Source: Octopus sinensis
Lineage: Eukaryota
Assembly (NCBI RefSeq): GCF_006345805.1
Contig: NC_043000.1
Location: forward strand, 17,050,001 to 17,114,000
Direction: 5' to 3'
DNA length: 64,000 bases
Positions 11,175 to 22,913 of the stretch are shown here, piece after piece. The notes beneath the pieces are model-generated. The model saw only the letters and a program-made list of their open reading frames with translations. It had not been told where the DNA came from and searched no databases. A program made the position numbers and the translations under genes. The number at the start of each line of letters is the position of its first letter. Within the stretch, counting starts at the first letter, position 1.

Positions 11175-12574
11175 CGCCATACTAATATGGCATTCTTATA
11201 AAAATAAGAAAAAGCTGACCGCTTATTAGCTCCATGAGGCCATCGCCTTAAGTTAGCTATTTGATACACAAACTGTATCCATATAACCTTTGAACAAAGG
11301 TTATATGGATACAGTTTGTGTATCAAATAGCTAACTTAAGGCGATGGCCTCATGGAGCTAATAAGCGGTCAGCTTTTTCTTATTTTTATAAGAATGCCAT
11401 ATTAGTATGGCGATAACTAATATTTTCCAGGAACGCTGCCGTTGTTCTCTTTTAGAGAGACTTAGTAATTTTAATATTTCTATTATTGAAAACAAGTGGA
11501 TGTATTCCACCGAAGCTAGGTAAATAAAACCTTTGAACAGAGATTGTCGGAAGCGACACCTACTGGTTTGGCTACGCTGCAATTGAAAGGGGCAATACCC
11601 CGAAACGCGTCTGTAGCTGCCGGCCAGTAGTGTGGAGCGACTGACCTCCCTTGTTCAAAGGTTATATGGATACAGTTTGTGTATCAAATAGCTAACTTAA
11701 GGCGATGGCCTCATGGAGCTAATAAGCGGTCAGCTTTTTTCTATTTTTATAAGAATGCCATATTAGTATGGCGATAACTAATATTTTCCGGGAACGCTGC
11801 CGTTGTTCTCTTTTAGAGAGACTTAGTAATTTTAATATTTCTATTATTGAAAACAAGTGGATGTATTCCACCGAAGCTAGGTAAATAAAACCTTTGAACA
11901 GAGATTGTCGGAAGCGACACCTACTGGTTTGGCTACGCTGCATTGAAAAGGGGCAATACCCCGAAACGCGTCTGTAGCTACCGGCCAAGTAGTGTGGAGC
12001 GACTGACCTCCCTTGTTCAAAGGTTATATGGATACAGTTTGTGTATCAAATAGCTAACTTAAGGCGATGGCCTCATGGAGCTAATAAGCGGTCAGCTTTT
12101 TTCTTATTTTTATAAGAATGCCATATTAGTATGGCGATAACTAATATTTTCCGGGAACGCTGCCGCCGTTGTTCTCTTTTAGAGAGACTTAGTAATTTTA
12201 ATATTTCTATTATTGAAAACAAGTGGATGTATTCCACCGAAGCTAGGTAAATAAAACCTTTGAACAGAGATTGTCGGAAGCGACACCTACTGGTTTGGCT
12301 ACGCTGCATTGAAAAGGGGCAATACCCCGAACGCGTCTGTAGCTGCCGGCCAAGTAGTGTGGAGCGACTGACCTCCCTTGTTCAAAGGTTATATGGATAC
12401 AGTTTGTGTATCAAATAGCTAACTTAAGGCGATGGCCTCATGGAGCTAATAAGCGGTCAGCTTTTTTCTTATTTTTATAAGAATGCCATATTAGTATGGC
12501 GATAACTAATATTTTCCGAGAACGCTGCCTTTGTTCTCTTTTAGAGAGACTTAGTAATTTTAATATTTCTATTA
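11175..12574 (+). mobile_element. Retrozyme- or PLE-like tandem array (family F3): 118-bp inverted 5' segment plus 3.5 units of 361-365 bp
   Basis: Units start at 11295, 11656, 12018 and 12383; near-identical; each complete unit has an HHR-like motif; (TA)n on both sides. Confidence 0.85.
11937..11978 (+). ncRNA. Minimal type I hammerhead ribozyme with U3:A8 core (F3, unit 2)
   Basis: GCTGCA-TTGAAAA-GGGG caata CCCC-GAAA-CGCG-TC-TGTAGC; 6-bp stem I; palindromic stem III ACGCGT; GUC site after 11972; copies at 11576-11617 and 12303-12343 carry single-A indels. Confidence 0.75.
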
Positions 12575-12918
12575 TATATATATATATATATATATATGTA
12601 TTTGGAGTAATTATTTTTACAGTTGACTGTTGCCTTTCCTTTATAGCAAATCACTCAGCTGTGAAGTAGGAGTATGAAACCTGTTTTACATAATAGTTAG
12701 GAAAACTGGGGCAGGCAAATGTCGTAAACAATGACAGCTTTAAGTACCTGCCAAACATTTTTTAGTTGGAGGGAAAGTGATCACCACATTTGTTGGCTTT
12801 CCTTCAGTGGTGAGTGACGTAGATGACGTTAAGTTTGACTATGGTAGATTAGCAATAAAAGCTATACTTTCAATTTTGCACCACAAAGGCTTACAGTAGT
12901 GCATCGAAAGTATGCATA

Positions 12919-13074
12919 GCAGGAGTGGCTGTGTGGTAAGTAGCTTGTTTACCAACCACATTGTTCCAGGTTCAGTCCCACTGCGTGGCACCTTGGGCAA
13001 GTGTCTTCTACTATGGCCTCGGGCCGACCAAAGCCTTGTGAGTGGATTTGGTAGATGGAAACTGAAAGAAGCCC

Positions 13075-13108
<34 letters not shown>

Positions 13109-13329
13109 TGTGTGTGTTTGTGTGTCTGTGTTTGTCCCCCTAGCATTACTTGACAACCGATGCTGGTGTGTTTATGTCCCCGTCACTTAGTGGTTCGGCA
13201 AAAGAGACCGATAGAATAAGTACTGGGCTTACAAAAGAATAAGTCCCGGGGTCGAGTTGCTCGATTAAAGGCGGTGCTCCAGCATGGCCGCAGTCAAATG
13301 ACTGAAACAAGTAAAAGAGAGTAAGAGTA
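12919..13329 (+). mobile_element. CORE-like SINE, full length
   Basis: GCAGGAGTGGCTGTGTGGTAAG head, TTGGGCAAGTGTCTTC domain, AAAAGAGAGTAAGAGT tail. Confidence 0.88.
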
Positions 13330-14462
13330 TAGCAAAAATGTGGCAGTCTTTGCTGTTTAGCCTGTTAGCCCAGATCAGGCACATCTAACATCAAGAATAT
13401 TCCAATGTAATTATACTGTCATTATTTAATTTTTTTTTTTTAGGTATAATATATCCAGGGCAACATTATCCATAGTCAATGTCTCGTTCCCTTTTGAGAT
13501 AATGCAATATGGAGATTCGACTGCTATCTCTAGCAGTTTGAAAGACTTCATACAGGATTACTTGCTGGCTCATGCAAGGGTGTGGTAGCGAGTCGAGTCG
13601 AAGTGAGATGTTGGGGCAAAAAACTGTGTCAGGCTACTGAAGCGATGTGAAACAACAAGGGAAGATGACATGATAGAACATGGCCAGCTCAATACAGTCT
13701 AAAACAGGATACAGCAATTACAAGAGATAATTAGTGGGAAATATAAAGCAATTAGCTCTGACAGGGAACAGTTGTTTACATATTGGTTCATTTACTCACT
13801 CTGTTAGTGTCTGTTACCTCACTTGGGTAATGTACCCAGTAATTTACAGGGGTTAACTGAACCAACTGACCCAAACGTCTTACAAATAGTGGCCTTGTGC
13901 TAAACAAAAGAAGTTACGGCCTTTATATCAGATGTGGGTGGGAAGAGTATGCAAAGTTTGATAACTTACATAGTTCAGTGATAATTAGTTGAGAACTGAT
14001 CTTGGCCAACAGTCACACTCAGTGAACTTCTAGGGTTTTAGGCAATAAAAGCTATAAAATATTTTTGATTCCAGATCATCTCTAATTGAGCAAAGACATT
14101 TCAGCTGTGATAATCCCATTTAATTAATTTATTCATTTTCAGACAAAATGCATCTTAGACTAAATAGAATTATCCTGGATGGTCTTAACTGGAACATCAT
14201 TTTATAACAGGTTTGCTCGATCAGGGTTGACCTGAAACTGAACAAATGATTAACAATTATGCCTCTCACAGGCTAAACCCCAGCAGCCCTGTCACTTTGC
14301 CACTGTTTTTTGTTGACCTAGTTAGCCAGTGCCTTGAACTGGGTCATATGGCCTCAATCAAGTTCCAATTCTTCCTTATATCTGCTGATTTACTTTCCTA
14401 CTCTTCTCAACATCTTTCACTCAGTGAGTGATTCTCACATTCACAGATTACATACTGAATAC

Positions 14463-14899
14463 TTAACCCTTTAGCATTTAAATTGGCCAAATCCAGCCAA
14501 AATAGTCTACATGTTCTATGTTTAACCCTTTAGTATTTAAACCGGCCAAAATATTTAATCTGCTTTATGTTCAAACTGACCAGATCCAGGCTCTCACACC
14601 TACCCTACAATGTTATTCTACATTAAGTAATTACACCATCAAGATCTTGAAGATATGAGATAATGCATGATTAATTCAAATCAATGGGAATCAATAGGCA
14701 TTATGTTTGATAGAATAATCAGAACACTAAAGGGTTAAAATGACCAGGTCTGGCTTCACACACCTACCCTACAATGTTGTTCTAAAAATAAACCACCACA
14801 TCATCAAAACCTTGAAGCCCTAAGAAAATGCATGACCAATTCAACACAATGTGAATAAATAAGTATTACTTTTAACTGAATAACCTAAATGCTAAAGGG
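14463..14899. mobile_element. TTAA-flanked MITE (piggyBac-like) with a second copy nested inside
   Basis: Ends ttaaCCCTTTAG...CTAAAGGG; inner copy 14526-14734 is flanked by TTAA on both sides. Confidence 0.75.
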
Positions 14900-15058
14900 T
14901 TCATTCAGAACCCCTAGTTTTGTATGTAAGCCACTCAAACTCAATTTAGTTATTCAACAGTTGAACTGAAACCAAAACATCGGCCCCTTATTATTGACAG
15001 CACCTTCAGTATATAAAAGCTCCACAACCTTGAGAATGTCCCTCTTCTCATGCTATCG

Positions 15059-15319
15059 GAAGCACTCCGTCGGTTACGACGACGAGGGTTCCAGTTGATC
15101 CGAATCAACGGAACAGCCAGCTCGTGAAATTAACGTGTAAGTGGCTGAGCACTCCACAGACACGTGTACCCTTAACGTAGTTCTCGGGGATATTCAGCAT
15201 GACACAGAGAGTGACAAGGCCGGCCCTTTGAAATACAGGTACAACAGAAACAGGAAGAAAGCGTGAGAGAAAGTTGTGGTGAAAGAGTACAGCAGGGGTC
15301 ACCGCCATCCCCTGCCGGA
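15059..15319 (-). mobile_element. 5'-truncated SINE, family A
   Basis: Tail A present, head absent; 10-bp TSD TCATGCTATC. Confidence 0.85.
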
Positions 15320-16114
15320 TCATGCTATCATCATTATCAACATTTAATGTCCCATGTTCCATACTGTCATGGGCAGGACAGTTTGAAAGGACAGTTGGTC
15401 CCAAGGACAGCATTGAGCTCCAGTATCTCTTTTAGCATGGTTTCTATGGCTGGATGCTTCTCCTAGCATCAACCATTTTACAGAGTGTACTGAATGATCT
15501 TTTCATGCCACCAGCACTAGTGAGGTCACCATGCAGCTTGCAAGTTTACAAAGTCCCAAGGAGCAGGGTGAGCAACTTTATGCTTGATGGTCGGGAAAGA
15601 GGAGATAAAGGTATGAGAAAAGGTGGTGGGATAACTATACATAGCAGTAATTAAAAATTAAACCCAGGAGAATATATAATTTCAGCACTCTCACTCACGC
15701 CACTGAATAATAAATAATAAATGTGCCCTTTTAAAGCCTAACCAGGCTCAAGGGCCCAGTTTCCCGGTTTCAATGGCGTATGTATTCCCCACCTGGATGG
15801 TACGCCAGTCCATTGCAGTGTTACTCATTTTTGCCAGCTGAGTGGACTGGAGCAACGTGAAATGAAGTGTTTTGCTCAAGAACACAAAGCGCCACCCAGT
15901 CCAGGTATCGAAACCACAATCTTACGATCACGATGCTGACACCCTAACCACTAAGCCACAGAAGATTAAGAATATCTTTGGATTCACTTGCACTGTAGTC
16001 CAACAATATTTTTCTTCACCAAGTCTTACATATTAAAAAAAAAAAACTATTTACATTTCAAGTCAGAGGAGCCAACCTCCAAAAGCAATCAATTTCAGAA
16101 AATACATCCTTATT

Positions 16115-16509
16115 TACTCTTTTACTTGTTTCAGTCATTTGACTGTGGCCATGCTTGAGCACAGCCTTTAGTCGAGCAAATCGACCCCGGGACTTATTCT
16201 TTGTAAGCCCTGTACTTATTCTATCGGTCTCTTTTTCCGAACCGCTAAGTGACGGGGACGTAAACACACCAGCATCGGTTGTCAAGCAATGCTAGGGGGA
16301 CAAACACAGACACAAACACACCATACATATATATATACATATCTACGACAGGCTTCTTTCAGTTTCCGTCTACCAAATCCACTCACAAGGCATTGGTCGG
16401 CCCGGGGCTATAGCAGAAGACACTTGCCCAAGGTGCCACGCAGTGGGACTGAACCTGGAACCGTGTGGTTGGTAAGCAAGCTACTTACCACACAGCCACT
16501 CCTGCGCCT
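16115..16509 (-). mobile_element. CORE-like SINE, full length
   Basis: Reverse complement of the 12919-13329 family. Confidence 0.88.
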
Positions 16510-16998
16510 CTGTTAAACAAATTAGCATACTCAAGAGAGCAATAGGCAAAAATGCCTTACGCAAAACAGTTATAACTACCTATAATAACCTTGAAGAGGT
16601 TGATCGTGATTTCTGTCCCTCAGGTGAATGATTTAATTAATTATACATGCTCTCATAGCCAACAATGGCCACAGTCCAATGATTGAAACCAATAATAAAT
16701 AAACTAAAAGAATACTTGACAATATTGGCAACCAGCACATAAAACTGCCCAACAAACCAAGACTACAAAACCATTTTAATTCACTTACACGGCTAATATA
16801 CTGGAGGCCTGAACACTAACAGTTTCCACTTTCTCGCACTGTCAACTTAATTGGTTTCTTTGTGAATTTGTATAAAAGGAACCAATATATTTTGGCAACA
16901 GCACTAATAATATTTGTAGATTATATTTAGTTACTGAATATTTTCTTTTAATTTATGACTATACACACGTGTGTGTGTCTATACATATATACATACAA

Positions 16999-17229
16999 GG
17001 CGGCGAACTGGCAGAAACGTTAGCACGCTGGGCGAAATGCGTAGCCGTATTTCGTTTGCCGTTACGTTCTGGTTTCAAATTCCGCCAAGGTCGACTTTGC
17101 CTTTCATCCTTTCAGGGTCGATAAATTAAGTACCAGTTACGCACTGGGGTCGATGTAATCGACTTAATCCGTTTGTCTGTCCTTGTTTGTCCTCTCTGTG
17201 TTTAGCCCCTTGTGGGTAGTAAAGAAATA
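16999..17229 (+). mobile_element. tRNA-derived SINE with Meta-like domain
   Basis: GGCGGCGAACTGGCAGAA head and GACTTTGCCTTTCATCCTTTCAGGGTCGATAAATTAAGTACC domain; many copies in the window. Confidence 0.82.
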
Positions 17230-17529
17230 CATATATACATACATACATATATATATATATATATTATATATATATATATGTACATACATAAATATATATA
17301 TATATTATATATATGTCTGGTTACATTTAGCATGATCGCTTTCACCCTCTGAGCTCAAATCCTGCTGGAATTGACTTTGCCATTTTCATTGCACAAGGAC
17401 AGTTGAAATAAGCACCAGTAATTAACTAGGGCTTATACAACCAATGATTTCTTTTTATCTAGCCTCAGAACAGGCTCAAGAGAGTGGTAGGCAAAATGTT
17501 TTATGGTATTCGGTTAAGTGGTTGATGTA

Positions 17530-18876
17530 TAATCTTCAAGAAGGGCCAACGAAGACGTTTCAGTGATCCTCTCTTGTGTACCAGAAAGGCTGAGCAAGAG
17601 GTTTAGCAACCTCTTCTTACTGTAAAACTAAAATACTGTTGGACATCTCAGAAATCATGGTAGTTGGTACCATACTAATGGAATATGAAGTGACAACAGG
17701 AGGATAACCTTAACCTGGACGCGTAGGTGGACTTAACAACTTGCTAACTGGAGAGGCAAGTCTAAGCTGGCTGGTGCCTGTTACTGAACTATAATTTCCA
17801 GTTTAGGTACAAGGGCTCTGGTTTGGTTCAGTCCTCAAGGGGGATAGAAACTGAGATGAGTTTATTAATAGGGAAGCTCGTTTGACCCATAAATGAGCTG
17901 ACAGGGTATCTCTGAAAGGTTGGGCATAAGTAGCAAATGCCTACAATGTATCTATAATAAATTACTGACTAACTATTGTGCTTTTCCTCACAGTAAATAG
18001 TCTGGAACAACTGCATTTTCACTTCTTGTGGTAAGAATAAGTTCTGCAAGCTTTGCTGCAAGCACCTTCTGTTCAGAGATCCTGAAGCTAATAATGTATT
18101 GAAGCGATGATGTCTCCAAACTTTCCTAGATGGTGAGCAGGTATAATTGGCTTTTGTCAGTCATGTCTTTTTGCATTTCATATTTTTGAAAAGCTGCAAG
18201 CCTGGCTCAAGAGTACACCAAGATTGAGAGTTTGACATCCAGGATCTTGTTAGGCCATACGGTCAGTGGCATGTCAACACCTACATACTACAGAGCATTA
18301 TAAGAAAGTATGGACAACAATATTCTAGGGAACATACTGGAAAATTGATGAAGATCAGCTCAGGACTATGGACAACTTCAAAATATTCTTGGCCTGGGAT
18401 TGCTACAAAAGGTCTTTGCCAGTTTGGGATAAATTCTACAAGCCCAGCAGTGCTGTAAACAAGCCTGTCTGAGATGTTTTGAATGCAGACACTCAATCCT
18501 GGTCCACTGCTTAACAAGGTCGAATAGTTCTATCAAAAACAACAAGAGCAAGACGACATAACTGACAAAAGTCAATAATACCGACTCACAAATTAAGTAA
18601 GTCTGCAGTACATTATCCTTCAAGGACTTGCTCAGTGTCTGAACATTGATAACATGTGGAGTTATGATAAAGATATGTTGTACAGGAGACATCTTGCTGC
18701 CAACCAAGTCCATTGCAAATGCTGCTTTATCTCTTCCTTTGATAAAGAAGGGAAGATTGAGTTATTCATCCAATTGCTATGGAAATACAAGTAGTGGTGG
18801 ATTAGACTGCAAAGATTTGAGACAGAGTTTTTATTTTCCAACTAATCAGTATTTTCAAGTACCATTTGAAGAGTAG
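17530..18876 (+). pseudogene. Highly decayed RTE-clade LINE (5' UTR-like part plus RT-distal region)
   Basis: Frameshifted remnants such as Y*SDDV, KIDEDQLRTMDNFKIF, VLNADTQS and VHYPSR follow RTE RT/thumb order; many stops. Confidence 0.5.
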
Positions 18877-19150
18877 ATGCACTAGTGTGGATAGGGTAGT
18901 AGGGTCAGTCCACTCCGGGCAGCACTTTTAAAGAGACACCACTTCTGGGTCTGCGGTAGGCAATATGTGGTTTTCGTGGGGTCGGGGGGGGGGGGGGGCA
19001 AATAGAATGGTCGCCCCTGGCAACACACACTCTAGCTACGCTAGTGAGTAGATGAAAACTAAATGGGGAGAACTGTCATCATCGGTTTGCTGAGAGGATG
19101 ATGAGAAAAACAAAATGGTTTGGGCAAATGGGCCTGCTTCCAATATGCAC

Positions 19151-19507
19151 CATCATCATCATCATCCTTTAACGTCCGCTTTCCATGCTAGCATGGGTTG
19201 GACGGTTCAACTGGGGTCTGGCAAGCCCGAAGGCTGCACCAGACCAGTCAGATCTGGCAGTGTTTCTACAGCTGGATGCCCTTCCTAACGCCAACCACTC
19301 CGTGAGTGTAGTGGGTGCTTTTTATGTGCCACCGATACAGGTGCCAGACGAGGCTGGCGAACTGCCACGCTCGGATGGTGTTTTTTATGTGCCACCGACA
19401 CAGGTGCCAGACGTGGCTGGCGAACGGGCATGCTCGGATGGTGTTTTTTATGTGCCACCGACACAGGTGCCAGACGAGGCTGGTGAACGGCCACGATCGG
19501 ATGGTAC
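19151..19507 (-). mobile_element. SINE family D with (GAT)n tail and internal ~62-bp tandem repeats
   Basis: (CAT)n then CCTTTAACGTCCGCTTTCCATGCTAGCATGGGTTGGACGG; three internal TTTTATGTGCCACCGA.ACAGGTGCCAGACG units; relatives at 46322, 54535, 54992 and 56905. Confidence 0.8.
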
Positions 19508-19810
19508 CAGTAGATTATTAAAAGAATTCAGGCAAAGAACTTGCATTTGATAGTTGGAGAGGCAGTCCTTGAATGTATGTTGGGTTTCCTAATCAAGTGT
19601 AAGAGTTGTCCCACTCTTTGGAACATTTGGGGGACACACCCATATGTGTGTGTGTGTGTGTGTGTGTGCGCGTGTACATACATACATACACACACACACT
19701 TATACACAGAAATCACTTAACCATGGAGTATAGAACCTGTTTTACATACAGTCAGGCAAATTGGAGCATGCAGAGGTAGGACACTATGACAGTATCTTTT
19801 TTATTATTTA

Positions 19811-20204
19811 CGAGCAGTATCGCTCGGCGTTGCTCGGGTCTGTAAGGGAAATAACTATATAAGCATTTTTAGAGAGTTATAGCCAAAAAATAGCAAAAAT
19901 ATGCATTAAAAATGGGAAAAAATGGTAAATTTTTTTTAAAATCGTTGACTCATCGTAGACATTTTTAGAGAGTTACTTCCCTTATATAATAGCGAAAAAA
20001 TTCATTAAAATGGAAAAAAATTATGGTAAATTATTTTTAAAATCGTAGACTCATCGTAGACGCGCGCTAATACCCAGAAGGGCTCGATATGAATCACGAC
20101 TATAAGATACCCGGTTTTGGTTAAACTGCACCGCAAAATGAGGGAGTAGTTAGGAATCTAAATCATAGGAGACAGACACACAACTTCACTTTTATATATA
20201 AAGA
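19811..20204 (-). mobile_element. Non-autonomous Helitron
   Basis: Minus strand starts TCTTTATATATAAAAG and ends with a GC hairpin (CCGAGCAACGCCGAG) and degenerate CTAG; shares its 3' end with 60702-61075. Confidence 0.65.
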
Positions 20205-21627
20205 TTTACTCTACTGAACCTATAAAAACTAATGTAGCTTGAATTAATAAGAGCCTAGGGATCCACCTTGAAAGGATTTGGTTGAGCAAATCGACTCCAG
20301 TACATTTTTTTTTTTGTTTTTTTTAACTCTGGCATTTATTCTATTAACCTCTTTTGGTGAACTGCTATGTTACAAGGACGTAATCAAACCAACACAGGTT
20401 GTCAGTAGGTGGAGAGGTGCACAAATACAAAGATACACACACATATACACACATGATGGGCTTCTGCACAGTTTCCATCAACCAAATTCATTCACAAGGC
20501 ATTAGTCAACCTGGGGCTTATAGTAGAGGACATTTGGCCAAGGTATCAGGCACCAGGACCAAACCTGAAGCCATGCAGTAGCAAAGTGAGTGAAACTACA
20601 CAGCCATATCTATGCCTATGCATCTATACACATATTTCTTTTCTATACAATGAGGAGTAATGCTTAGTACTAGTTTTACTGCTTTTAGCAGTAACATCAC
20701 TTCCTACGAAATAGCCATGTTGAAGTGGCGATAAGCATTGCTTCTCTGTACAGTTGCCACTTTCATCTCTTACAGAGATTTCCTAACCAGCTAATTTGCT
20801 TGTTGCAAGATGAATGACTGTTTGTCAATTGTTCTCTACATATTGTGAGCCGGAGTGAACAACTGCTATCTCTAGCAGACAAGTATCCACCACCGAGGAT
20901 GGCCACAAAGAGGTTGAAACTGTAAGGTCTGATGGTCTCGTGGCTGCAAGATGGTAGGGGTTCACTCCCCCTGCTTGCAATATATATCAGGTGCAGATTG
21001 CACTGAATAATCAACCAGTTGGAGGAGATATCCTCCTGGGGTTAAAAAGAGCAGTAAAGTTGGCTCCTATGGAACAGCCATGTTTAAGTGGCAATAAGCA
21101 TTACTCCTCTGTATAGTTACTGCTTCCATCTCTTATAGAGATTTTCTTGACTAAGCTAATTTGCTCAATCATTTATCATTATTCATATTCTTGTCTGTTC
21201 CCATTTGTCATCCAATCATAATCAATGTAAAACCCTCACCATTTTAGTAATTCGTCCTAGCAATCCCTGCACCTCCTTCCCATTGATACTCTGCCCAGTA
21301 GTATCATTAGAGTACTGAAAAAAAAATGCCTTGTGATATTTTTTCTGGATTGTTACCTTCTGAATTCAAAATTCTCTGAGGTCAAATTTGCCTGTATCCC
21401 ACTTAGGTCAATATAGTACCAGTCAACTAATGGTCTTGATGGTATTGACTATCCCTTCTCCCTTCAAAATTGCTGGCCTTGTGCTTAAATAAGAAACCAT
21501 TATTACAAATGAAAAGTACAGATTTAAGATTTACAGACAAATGGACTGCAAAACTGAAAGTGGTACCAAAGCATGTCACATGAAGAGGACAGAAAGACAT
21601 TTATTGTTACTTTTCAATAATTAAATA

Positions 21628-21860
21628 CCTACTTCTCTACTACCCACAAGGGGCTAAACACAGAGGGGACGTACAAGGACAGACAAATGGATTAAGTCGA
21701 TTATATCGACCTCAGTGCGTAACTGGTACTTAAATTATCGACCCCGAAAGGATGAAAGGCAAAGTCGACCTCGGCGGAATTTGAACTCAGAACGTAGCCA
21801 CAGACGAAATGCCGCTGAGCATTTCGCCTGGTGTGCTAACGTTTCTGCTAGCTCGCCGCC
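21628..21860 (-). mobile_element. Meta-like SINE
   Basis: Full head-to-tail match; 17-bp TSD TTTTCAATAATTAAATA (21611-21627, 21861-21877). Confidence 0.9.
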
Positions 21861-22692
21861 TTTTCAATAATTAAATATCACCAACACCACCACCACGACC
21901 ATGTCACAATCTCCAGAGAATATACAAGAGCTATTCAACACTTAAAACAACAACAAAAAAAAAACCATAAATAATTAATTAATTGTAAAACAACTGTTAC
22001 CAAACTAGTTTATATTGCAAAAAAAAGGTGGGGAGGAGAAAGAAAGATTACATGATGGCAACTTCTATCATCATCATCACCAAAAAAATAAATGATTGTT
22101 TGGCAATCTGTCTAATTCTTAATCTAACAACTAACTGACCATAATGACTTCCTGTTTTAATTACAAGAGGCATTGACAAACTTAGAATAAAAGAAAAAAT
22201 ATATTCCAGATTATTCTCTGTTTATTTCTATAACTTAAATAATACAAATGGCAAACACTTGATAGCAATTAACAAATGACTAAGAAAAGCAGAAATATTT
22301 GGACAGCCACCGTGAATGAACAATTAAAAATGAAAATGATGCATATTCATTAAACAGATGCTTCCAGCTAGATCATAGATAAAGAGGTGAAAATATATGT
22401 AAAATAATCTCTCTGTTTTGCTCATTATTTATTCTATACAGCATTTGCTAGCGAATGTGGTGAAGCAACCAAACAAGCAGTGTAAAGGGATGTATGTGGT
22501 GGTTGGTGGTGGGTAATGAATAGTCAACTTTGGTCATCAACCGTATGACAGAGGAGAAATTATATCTTGGGGGAAGCAGTCTGCATAAAAATGCAACAGC
22601 AGGGTCTCACATAATATAAATAGGTTGAAAAACTTTGATTAACAGCTACCCTGAATGAACAATTAAAAATTAAAATGATACATATTCATTAA

Positions 22693-22913
22693 CCCTTTAG
22701 CATTTAAACTGGCCATATCCGGCCAAAAGTATTCTACCTGTTTTATGTTCAAACTGGCCAGATCTGGTCTCTCACACTAATCCTACAATATCGTTTTAAA
22801 AATTAACAGCTACCTCATCAAAATCTCATAGATCTAAGATAATGCATGATTAGTTCAAGGCAATGTGGATAAAAAAGGATTCATTTTGGCAGAATAATGC
22901 GAACACTAAAGGG
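22693..22913. mobile_element. TTAA MITE (piggyBac-like)
   Basis: ttaaCCCTTTAGCATT...ACACTAAAGGGttaa with TTAA on both sides. Confidence 0.78.

Noticed and set aside
11295-12574. CRISPR-like or satellite interpretation of the tandem arrays
   Set aside because: No unique spacers, eukaryotic context, and the units are full-length duplicates
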